From NCBI GenBank assembly GCA_963697775.1, contig CAVOPH010000003.1, positions 2,234-66,233 of the forward strand: DNA of 64,000 bases, given 5' to 3'. The stretch is from an uncultured Acidobacteriota bacterium (lineage in GTDB: Bacteria; Acidobacteriota; Vicinamibacteria; Vicinamibacterales; 2-12-FULL-66-21). Positions 9,084 to 17,632 of the stretch are shown piece by piece (position 1 is the stretch's first letter; each line of letters begins with the position of its first letter). The translations under genes and the position numbers were made by a program. The notes under the pieces are model-generated. The model was not told the origin of the DNA. It did not search any database and saw only the letters and a list, made by a program, of their open reading frames with translations.

Positions 9084-12000
9084 CCGGCGCCAGCGGCAGG
9101 TTGGGCGTAAACACCGCGACGGTGTTGTCGAAGAGGAAATCGAGCCGCCCAGGCACGAGTCCGCTCGGACGACGTCAGCGTCAAGGCGGCGGGCCTCTGA
9201 ACTTTGCCGGATCGATCGGTTCGTTGAACACGATCCGAATCGGGCTGAAGACGCTCACGCCAATGGTCGCCGGCAGCTGGACTCGTCTCGACGGTCGCCG
9301 GCGCGATGGTGTCAGCCGTCGTGAAGCTGCTGACGAACTCCGATCGCATCGGGTGGCCGACACGATCCTGAAGCGACTTGACCCGGATCGAATACTTCGT
9401 CTGTTCTGCGAGCGGGGCAAGCGGCCTGAAGGTCACCGTTTTGTCGCCGTTCGACTGCACGACGTCGCCTGCGATCGAGCCCGACGCGTCCGAGAGGACA
9501 ACGTTGGCTGCTATTCACGGTCGCCGGAGTGACCGGCTCGGACATGACGATCTGGATCGTCGTCGTCTTCAGGACGTTCGTGGCGGATGCCGCTGGAGTG
9601 ACCGTGCCGACAGCGGGAGCTGCCGCGTCGAGTGTGAGGTCGCCGAGATCGGCGATGCCTGCCAGCGGTGCCGACCTTGCTCGCTACGCCAGTCCCGATT
9701 GGATCCTGCAAGAGCCAGCACGTAACTGCCAAGCGGCAGGGTATCGAAATTGAACGTGCCGTCGCTTCCGGTTTCAGTAAAGAAGTGTTTGCCATTCACT
9801 ACGATTTCAGCCGTAACACCGCCGGCGCCGGCACCAGTGCTCTCGAGAACCGCACGGCCCTTCAGGGTGCCGGTTGGTTCGAGCACGATGACGACGATCC
9901 TTTGATCTCGCCGGGGTTAAGCCGGTCGCTGACGACACCCTTCGTCGTGAAGGACGGCGCGGCAGCCGCGGTAATCGTGAACGACCGTGCCGAGACGTCG
10001 GGGAATGAGAACTGACCGTTCGCGTCGGCGAAACCCTGCCGCTGAACGGCTGGAATGCCGAGGAGCGACACGCGCGCGCCCGGAGTGGGAGCGCCGTTGG
10101 AGCAGGACGACTCCCGTCAACTGGCTGATGCCGGCGAGCACGACCTGTACGTTTGCGGCGTCGCCGTCGAACTCGATCGAGGCGGTCGCGGATCCCGATC
10201 TCGACGCCGGTCTGCGGCGTCGCCACGACGAGCATACGGCCAAGCGGCAGGTGATCGAGGTGAAGGTCCCGTCAGCGGCCGCGGTCACGATCAACGAGCC
10301 CGGCTCGCACGTGCTCACACAAACCTTCGCATTGCCGGCCGGCGCGCCGTTCGCGTACGAGACAGACGCCCTCGATACTTCCGAACGACGGCCGCAGAAC
10401 GTTGACCGTCAGCGGAATGTCCACCACCTGGCCGGGCTGGGTGATCTCGTCCTTGCGCCTCGCCTCGACCCTGGACATCCGTTTTCGACGCCCTCACGTT
10501 GAACGATGCCGACCGCCGCACCGGGGAACGAGAAGCTGCCATCGACGCCGCTGGTGCGTTGTCATTCCGATCGACCGGCCGGACGGGTGGTCTGGCTGAA
10601 GGAGACCCGCCAGCCCTTGAGCGGCGTGAGCGATGCCGGCCTCGACGACTCGCCCGGTCACGACCGCGAGCGCGTCTTCGGTGACGTTCACCGGCACGCT
10701 TCTGTCCGGCCAGGAAGATCTCGTCCGCTCGCCGCGCCGTGGCCTGCGTTGGCGCCTCGAACGCGTCGATCGTGAACGGACCGAGCGGAATCAGATCCTG
10801 CGTGTAGTTGCCGGCGCCGTCGGTCACGTTGAATCCGATCGCGCCGTCGCCGTTGCTGATCACCACTGACGCGTTCGCCGCGGGCGAGCCGTCGGACCGC
10901 CGCACGCACACCGTGCACCGATCCGGTGGCGGTGGCGAGGTAGACGTTCAGCGTCACCGTCTCGCCGTCGTTGACGATCTTGCCCGATGCCGACGCCGGC
11001 GAACCCGTTCTGCTGCGTCCCGGTCGCCGTGACGACAAACGGTGCCTGCGCTGAACGCGTCGCCGCCGGTGAACCGCGCCACACCGACGCTCGTCGCCGC
11101 TCTGGCCGCTGAAGAGCACCACGCTCTCGATTCGGGTAATCGATCTGCTTGACCTGGACCTGGCGCCAGGAATCAGCGTGTGCGCATCGCTGGCGAACAC
11201 CTTCACGATCAGGTCGGCGATGCCCGGCAGCTTGATCGAGCACGTCGGCCTTCTCGCCGGCTCGGACGGACCCACGCAGCCGCGCGGTGCGGCCGGTGAA
11301 GTCGGCGTTCTCGAACGCGGTGAGCGTGTAGTTGCCGGCGTTCACGACGGCAAACAGGAACGTGCCGGTCGCGTCGGTGACGGCCATCGCTTCCTGGATG
11401 CCCTGCGGAATCGTCGTGCACGACATCTCGCCGATCGACGACTTCCGACGCAGAACGTCTTGAACTCGTCCGACTTGTATTTGACGATCACGCCCTCGCC
11501 GACCGGCGTGCCGTCTGGATTCAGGATCCTGGCCGGTGACCTGGCTCGTCGGCTGCAGCTTCAGCGTCAGGTCCAGCGTGGTGGTCGGCGCCGGCATCGT
11601 CGCCTCGAGGGCGATCGGATCGGGGCTGAACTGGCCGGCGGCCCTGAGCGTGAACGAGCCCGGCCCAGAGCCACGTCATCGCAGAAGGCGCCGGTGGCTG
11701 AAGTCGGTGTCGACGATCTTGAAGTTCTGGACGTACTGGAAATCGACGCCGACGCGGCCGCCGGCGACGACGACCTGATCGCCGGAGAGGCTGACCCGCG
11801 CCTTGATCGGCGTGTTGCTCGCGTCGACCACCGTGCCGGTCACGCCGCCGCCGCCGCCGCCGCGGAACGTGACGTCGGCCTTGACGGTCTGGCTGTTGAA
11901 CTTGACGTCGACGTACGACGAGGTTGCCGTCGCTGAAGTCGCGCTTGAAGGCCGTCAACCGGTAGTTGCCGACCGGAATGGCGGGCATCTGATAGTGACC

Positions 12001-14424
12001 GTTCGTCGTCGGAGATGGCCTGGCCGACGATTTCGATCTGCCTTGCTCGATCGGCAGCTTGTAGAGGTAGACGGCGATGCCCGGCACCGGCGTCACGCCG
12101 TCGACGCAGGAACAGGGTGCCGGCCACGCTGCCGACCGACTCGAGCACGATCGTGGCGGAGACTTCCTCGCCCGACCCGCGTGATGTCGACGGTGACGCG
12201 GCCGCTCGATGCCCAGCGCGTCGCTCACGGCGACGATCTCGCGGCGGCCGAGCGGCACGTCGGGCAGCGTGAAGTGGCCCGTCGCGTCCGTCGTCACCAG
12301 GCTCAGCCCGCCGCCGACGCGCGCGCCCGCAACGCCGGTGCCGGCGGCATCCAGCACGACGCCTTTGACGTGCCGAGGCCGCCGGAGATCACGATGTTGA
12401 CGTTGCCGGTGGCGTCGGCTGCCAGGATCAGGCTGGCCTCACCTTCCTGCAGCGTGCCTGATCGAAGGTCGTCACGCGCAAGCTGGCCCGCCGGCACGCC
12501 GGGGAACGAAACGCGCCGTCTGCATCGGTCGTGCCGAGGGCGATCGCGCATCTCCTCCGGGGATGCCCGGACAGCCGACTCCCGGCTGGCTTCCGCCGGT
12601 GTAGTAGACGACGATCGGCAGGCCGGCGAGGGAGCCAGGCCGTGCTTCGCAGCACGTGACCGGTCACCGTGCCCCGTCTTGACGACGATGGCTTTCGGAC
12701 TGTCGGCCTTCAGCAGCACGAAGTCGCGTGACGTCGTCGCGCCGGCGAACGGAATGTTCTCGCTGATCGACATCTGCGCGTTCGCCGTGGGATTCACCGC
12801 CTCGATGAAGATGTTGCCGACCGGCACGCGTGCGATGGTGAAGCGGCCGTCGGCGTCGTGGTCGCACCGTACTCGCTCTGGTCGGTCAGGCTGGTGATCC
12901 GGATCGCGGTGTCCTTCGAGCGGCGTGCCGCTTCGCCGAGCGTCCGGCCCTGCAGCGTGCCGCGGCCCAGCAACACGATGTCGACGTTCAGCCGCTGGCC
13001 GTTGCGCTGCGACGTTGAACCGCAGATCGCGGAACTCGTCGGTCTCGGGGTCGACCGCGAGGATGCGACGGCGCTGCGCAGCACGTAGTCCCACGAGTAC
13101 TTGCCGTCTGCGTCGGCGCTCTTCGAGCTGATGCCGACCCAGTGGATCTCGCCGACCGCAGCCGGGCATGGTAGAACAGCCGCACGCTCGCGAACGGAAC
13201 CGGCGAGCCCTCGGCGCGCAGCACGCGGCCGGACACGACGCCGCGCGACGTCGTCGACGGTGATTTCGATCGGCGACGTCTGCGCGCCCATCGACTGGCC
13301 GCGCAGGTCGGCGACGTCCTGAATCGTGATCGTGCGCGGCACGAACGGACCGATCGGATCGCGCAGCGCGAGGAACGCGATGCGCCCGCCCGGCTGCAGC
13401 GCCACGCCGACGACCGCGTTGCCGTCCAGCGAGTAGTGGGTGATGTCCTCGGCCGTGAACTTGTCCTGCACGCTCTGCGCGGTGACCTCTTCGCTGAACA
13501 GCACCGCGACGATGCGGCCGGCGCCCAGAGCCCGGTCGTCTTGCCGGCGTCAACGCACACCTGATCCGCCTGAACCTGCTGCACGACGCCGATGACGGAC
13601 GGGGCCGGATCGACCACCGCGAACGACGACCGGTCGCCACGCGATCGCGCCGGCGACGCCAGTCTCGACCGACAGCGCGATACGGATCCGCTGGAGCAAA
13701 TGGCAGCGCCGGGAGCCTGCGCCGGATCGACGTTCTGGAAGACGAACTGCCGCAGTGCCCTGCGCGTCGGGGACGACGACGCTGAGCGTGAACGGCAGCG
13801 GTGACATCCGGCAACGCGATCGAGCCGGATCGTGAAAGTGCCCGGATCCGGCGCCGCGATCATCGCCAACTGCGCAGTCGGCAACGGCGCTGCCGCGCCA
13901 AACGGCAGGTAGTCGCCGAACGGAATCTCCTTGATGATCTTGCCGTGCGAGCACTGCCGCCGAGCGCTGCGTCCGCTCCGTCGACGAGGGTCAGCGTCAC
14001 TCGGCAGTGGACCCGGCGCCGACGAGCAGAACCGAGATGTATGCCGGCCGGTACGAGATCTTCTCCGCGAGGTCGTGATGGAACGCGGCCGCGCCCGGCA
14101 CTGGCGAGATCGGGCTGCATCAGCGCGGCCACGGCCTGCGCGAACACGTCGCCGCGCGACGAGCGTGCGGCGCAGCTCGTCGAAGCCGGCGAAGTCGGTC
14201 CTGGCGAAGTCGAGGTCGTCCGGGTTCGTGATGCGGTCCGGGAGCCGCGCGTAGTTGCTGCCGATGAAGTCCATCGCCAGCTGCGACGCGCTGTCGCGCA
14301 GCGGCTCGTGCAGGGTGACGCGCAGGCCGGCCTCGGCGACCTCGATGGCGCGATCCCAGATCAGCTTCTTCGAGAAGCGCTGCACGTCCGTCGGCAGCGG
14401 CGGCCGCGGAGCGGTCGCCACCGC

Positions 14425-14907
14425 CTAGGCCTTGCCGAGCAGGCCGATCGCCGCAGTTCGCAGATCGATCGGCAGCGTCCCCGCTTCCTTCGGCAGCACC
14501 AGCGAGTCGGGCGACAGCGGCACGCCCAGCTCGCCGACCGCGGTCTTCAGTGCGAACCGGCCGGTGACGTTCTCGTCGGAGTCGAGCGTCGCGGCGGTCA
14601 CTTTGCCGCTGACCTTCGCGATGAGATCGAAGCTGACCGATCGCGAGTCGCCGGGCGCAATGGTCTCGATCTGGCGGGTCGGATCGCCGACGATCGTCGC
14701 GCCGCTGACGACTCGTGGATACAGATTCAGGCTGACGAAGTTCGCCGGCGAGGGGCTGGTGTTGGTGACGGTGACGTCGAGCGTGTACGGCTCGCCCGCC
14801 GTCACGACCTCTGGATGCGTGAAGGTCAGCGTGAACGTCGGGTTGCGCACCAGCACCGCGCCGGCGGCGCGGCCGCGCACCGTCACCGGGACCGATCGGC
14901 AGCCCAT
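14425..14907 (-). CDS. Giant gene 1 fragment (CARDB-like module), ends at TAG 14425-14427
   Basis: ORF 14425..14907: TFTHPEVVTAGEPYTLDVTVTNTSPSPANFVSLNLYPRVVSGATIVGDPTRQIETIAPGDSRSVSFDLIAKVSGKV. Confidence 0.65.
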   Translation of the reverse strand: MGCRSVPVTVRGRAAGAVLVRNPTFTLTFTHPEVVTAGEPYTLDVTVTNTSPSPANFVSLNLYPRVVSGATIVGDPTRQIETIAPGDSRSVSFDLIAKVSGKVTAATLDSDENVTGRFALKTAVGELGVPLSPDSLVLPKEAGTLPIDLRTAAIGLLGKA

Positions 14908-15605
14908 TCAGCGTGCCGGCAATCTCCATCTCGACGACGTGGCTGCCTTCGCGGCGGCCTTCGACCAGGAACTCCGCGTTGCCGGTCTCGCCTGGACCGA
15001 TTCCGTTGACATCGTCCGCCGTGCCGAGCTTGCCGTCCGGCCCCGGCTGCACGACCGGCTGGATGCGCGGCACTTCTCCCTGCGCCGTCCGCCCCATGCG
15101 CAAGCGGATCGTCGGGAGATCCGACCACGGTGTCTGCGCCGGGCGGCAGCACGATCTCGGCCTGCAGATCGGTGACGACCAGGTTCGAGCCGGCCGGCGC
15201 GACGTTGCCGACCATCAGCATCACGCTGAAGAACTGGTTGAGGAAGCCGATGTCGCCGGGAATGACGATGACGCCGGGAATCGGCGGCACGAAGAAGTTC
15301 TGCCCCGCCAGCTCCGGCATCTTCAGCGTGAAGCCCACGACGTTGAGGTTCGGAATCTGCGTCTGGATCCGCTTCAGCGTGTCGGGAATGATCGTTTGAA
15401 GGCTCGGCAGCCCGGCTGTGACCGATACCGGGCAGATCGACCTGCTGTTCCCGGCGTCCTCCGCGCCCTGAAGCGTGGGCAGGACGACGGTGAAATTGAT
15501 CGGGACGGTCTTGCCCTCGATCGCGAACGCCGCGGCGAAGTTGTAGGCCTGGAAGTTCGACTTGTCGAAGACGATTCCCTTCTCGCGGATTTCGGCCGCG
15601 GTCAA
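14883..15605 (-). CDS. Giant gene 1 fragment (N-terminal region, no family recognised)
   Basis: ORF 14883..15605. About 15100-15605 reads TAAEIREKGIVFDKSNFQAYNFAAAFAIEGKTVPINFTVVLPTLQ...NLVVTDLQAEIVLPPGADTVVGSPDDPL. Confidence 0.6.
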   Translation of the reverse strand: MTAAEIREKGIVFDKSNFQAYNFAAAFAIEGKTVPINFTVVLPTLQGAEDAGNSRSICPVSVTAGLPSLQTIIPDTLKRIQTQIPNLNVVGFTLKMPELAGQNFFVPPIPGVIVIPGDIGFLNQFFSVMLMVGNVAPAGSNLVVTDLQAEIVLPPGADTVVGSPDDPLAHGADGAGRSAAHPAGRAAGAGRQARHGGRCQRNRSRRDRQRGVPGRRPPRRQPRRRDGDCRHAEWAADRSR

Positions 15606-16080
15606 GCGGCCGCGCGGTCACCTGGGTGACGAGCAGTCGATCGATGACGTCGATGACGACACTTTCGGGCGTGCCGCGCAGAACGACTTCGCCGTTGCTG
15701 ATCAGCCGGATGTTGTCGAGCGTGTGCTTGCCGGCGACGGTCAGCGGCGGAATGTTGAACGGCGTGTTCGGCTTGACCGTCAGCTCGATCGGCGTCGGGA
15801 ACGTCGGGCCGCGCAGCGTGGCTTTGACGACCGCGTCGGGCGCGAACGGCGGCAGGTTCCCGGGCGTCTGCGGCGCGACGAAGATCGTGCTGACGATCGT
15901 CGCGATGTCCTTCGGGACGGTCTGCTGCGCCGGCTCGACCTTGAGGCCGAGGCCGAAGAGGATGATGTCGTCCTTCGCGAGGAAGCGATCCTTCTGCTGC
16001 GCAGACACGTGCGTCGTCCCGATGCTGGCGACGCCAAGCATCAGAGCGATCCACACGATCCGCACGCGAAGTGTTCTCAC
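14908..16080 (-). CDS. Giant gene 1, N-terminal fragment with signal peptide
   Basis: ORF 14908..16080. GTG start at 16080 with AAGGA 6 nt upstream. Signal-like MRTLRVRIVWIALMLGVASIGTTHVSAQQ. Sensible only to about 15600, after which it becomes Arg-rich. Confidence 0.65.
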   Translation of the reverse strand: MRTLRVRIVWIALMLGVASIGTTHVSAQQKDRFLAKDDIILFGLGLKVEPAQQTVPKDIATIVSTIFVAPQTPGNLPPFAPDAVVKATLRGPTFPTPIELTVKPNTPFNIPPLTVAGKHTLDNIRLISNGEVVLRGTPESVVIDVIDRLLVTQVTARPLDRGRNPREGNRLRQVELPGLQLRRGVRDRGQDRPDQFHRRPAHASGRGGRREQQVDLPGIGHSRAAEPSNDHSRHAEADPDADSEPQRRGLHAEDAGAGGAELLRAADSRRHRHSRRHRLPQPVLQRDADGRQRRAGRLEPGRHRSAGRDRAAARRRHRGRISRRSACAWGGRRREKCRASSRSCSRGRTASSARRTMSTESVQARPATRSSWSKAAAKAATSSRWRLPAR

Positions 16081-16088
16081 GCTAGTCC

Positions 16089-16874
16089 TTATGGCAAGTG
16101 ACAGTCGGCTTCGGTTCGCTGAAGCAGGTCGATCCGTATGCCGAATCTCACGGCGCTCTCACTGCTCACACGTACGGCGTAGTCGCCGTCTTCAAGGAAC
16201 TTGATCAACTTGGTTTGGAACGTGGAGTTTGCGCTGACGTCGCGCAGGTTCAGTTCGACCGTCAGAAAGCCCGTCTGCAGGCTTGTCGCTTGAACTACGT
16301 AGCATCCGCGCGACGGCGCGTGGAACCTGAAGAGCGTTCGGTTCAACAGCTTGTTGCCGCCGTCAGTGGTGAGTGATCGGTCCGAACAGATCCCGGGTCT
16401 GCAACGGCACGCCACTGAAGAAATCGCTGGCATCGGTCTCCTCTGTATGCCCGATTGGGAGAACGGTGTACAGGGACTGGCCCGTCGCCGAGTACCGTCG
16501 CCGGCACCGATGTTCTCTCCGGCGGCTAAAGTGTCAATGTCTGTCGCAGCCGCTGCATTCGCACTCTTTAGCGCCTTCAGGAAACTGAAGATGCTGGTAA
16601 AGGCCGGAGTGTTTCGCGTCGCGACAAGGGCGTCATAAATGGGACGGAAACCGAGCGCGACGTGATCCGGCGTCGCCGTTCCGTCGCTGTTCAAGTCGTT
16701 AGGATCGATGCCATCGAAGAGGTCATAGATGACCTCGCTGACGGACGCTTCCGAGTAGAAGCCGTCGGAAAGGAAGGTCGACCCCGGTATCGGCCGCAAG
16801 TGATCATCCGTGTGATCGACCTCCACGTCTGTACCAAGACCCTCCCCCCTGATGAGCGCCAGCGGTATCGACAT
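16089..16874 (-). CDS. Giant gene 2, C-terminal fragment (PPC-like terminal domain)
   Basis: ORF 16089..16874. The end reads LFRFHAPSRGCYVVQATSLQTGFLTVELNLRDVSANSTFQTKLIKFLEDGDYAVRVSS. The stretch at about 16385-16495 reads better in another frame (YSATGQSLYTVLPIGHTEETDASDFFSGVPLQTRDLFGPITH), suggesting two compensating breaks. Confidence 0.55.
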   Translation of the reverse strand: MSIPLALIRGEGLGTDVEVDHTDDHLRPIPGSTFLSDGFYSEASVSEVIYDLFDGIDPNDLNSDGTATPDHVALGFRPIYDALVATRNTPAFTSIFSFLKALKSANAAAATDIDTLAAGENIGAGDGTRRRASPCTPFSQSGIQRRPMPAISSVACRCRPGICSDRSLTTDGGNKLLNRTLFRFHAPSRGCYVVQATSLQTGFLTVELNLRDVSANSTFQTKLIKFLEDGDYAVRVSSESAVRFGIRIDLLQRTEADCHLP

Positions 16875-17632
16875 ACAAAGGATCCTTGCCCAGCCACTTC
16901 AGGACGATTCCGGCAAATGCGGTTGCGAATCCTTCGCTAAAGGCCGCCGCGGGATCCAGAATGTCTCCGTCTTCGTGCGTGCTACCGGGCGAATCGCTCC
17001 GGCTGATAACGGCATGGAGATAGTGCGCCCACTCGTGCAGAATGACGCCGTCGTCGTATTCGTCGGTGTCGTGATCCTCTGACCCGTTGAGCAGGATGCT
17101 CCCGGTGTTCGTCCCGGTGACCCTGGAATAGGCGGTGTCACCGAGATTGTTGGCAGGGCTCCAGTAGACGATGAGCGGCGGCAAGGTGATGTTGCCGACG
17201 CTCGCCCGCACGAACTTCTCGGCATCGTGAATCGTGTCGATGATTGCAAACGGCGCAGCTTCCCGTGTGCCCGAGTAGCGCCTCGCGCTGTTGTCCCAGC
17301 CAGATTGAAGTGTGATGTCTTTGGTAACGGGCGACGCACCCAGCGGCACACTGACGCGGGCGGTGTAGACGTAGCAAAGGAGATCCGTCGCGGGGCACGC
17401 AGTGGGCGCTGTGTTGTAAACCGCAACGTGCGGCTGCTTCGGATCTCCCAGCGCAGCCTTGACGGCTATCGTGACGACGGAATTGTGAGGCGCTACGAAC
17501 GAGTAGTAACCGCCATCAGTCGTGTTCGTCCTCTCGATGACATTGTCGGCCGCATCTCTCAACTCGACGACGACCCCGCGGGCTGGGAGCTGCTTTTCAT
17601 CGTCGTAGGTCAACCCCACGGTCCGATCGGCC
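16804..17632 (-). CDS. Giant gene 2 fragment: gluzincin-type zinc metallopeptidase domain
   Basis: Frame of ORF 16804..17907. HEWAH is at 17023-17037 and SEGFATAF about 30 residues downstream (about 16921-16935). There is no start codon or signal peptide of its own after the stop at 17633. The sequence continues from ...GVIKYHV of the upstream fragment if one base is removed. Confidence 0.6.

Larger units (their letters stand above)
1381..16080 (-). pseudogene. Giant (about 4,900 codon) secreted multidomain surface-protein gene, interrupted by many frame breaks (possibly two genes split at 14425)
   Basis: Chain of overlapping minus-strand ORF fragments whose domain-like sequence continues from one frame into the next (TLTFHVGA / STRQLTIFVG at about 2120; LPSAVGRP / VFAAPTGQSTF at about 2335). 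GTG start at 16080 is preceded by AAGGA. N-terminus MRTLRVRIVWIALMLGVASIGTTHVSAQQ is signal-like. Contains a CARDB-like segment, many CarboxypepD_reg-like modules, SbsA/Big_5-like modules and C-terminal Big_2-like modules (TSSNPxIAxV...GTATLT). Confidence 0.75.

Noticed and set aside
12303-13814. 503-aa minus-strand ORF that could be called as an intact gene
   Set aside because: Most of it is Arg-rich read-through. Only short islands are sensible (ILAVDPETDEFRDLRFNVAAQ, DADGRFTIARVPVGNIFIEAVNP..., VSFPGVPAGQLA...), and the intervening sense lies in ORFs 12794..13504 and 12988..14421. It is treated as part of the broken giant gene.
13801-15009. 402-aa plus-strand ORF, and similar long plus-strand ORFs at 1306..2169, 2055..3083, 18239..19528, 19886..20794, 25193..26203, 28034..28885 and 29057..29839
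   Set aside because: They are Arg/Asp/His/Gly-rich low-complexity translations lying antisense to minus-strand sequence with clear domain content. These are typical shadow ORFs of GC-rich DNA, with no start context or recognisable motifs.
1381-16080. Programmed ribosomal frameshifting or transcriptional slippage as an explanation for the frame breaks
   Set aside because: There are dozens of sites with no shared slippery heptamer or downstream structure that I could see. The same kind of break occurs in fabG and ubiA. No known system uses this many recoding events.
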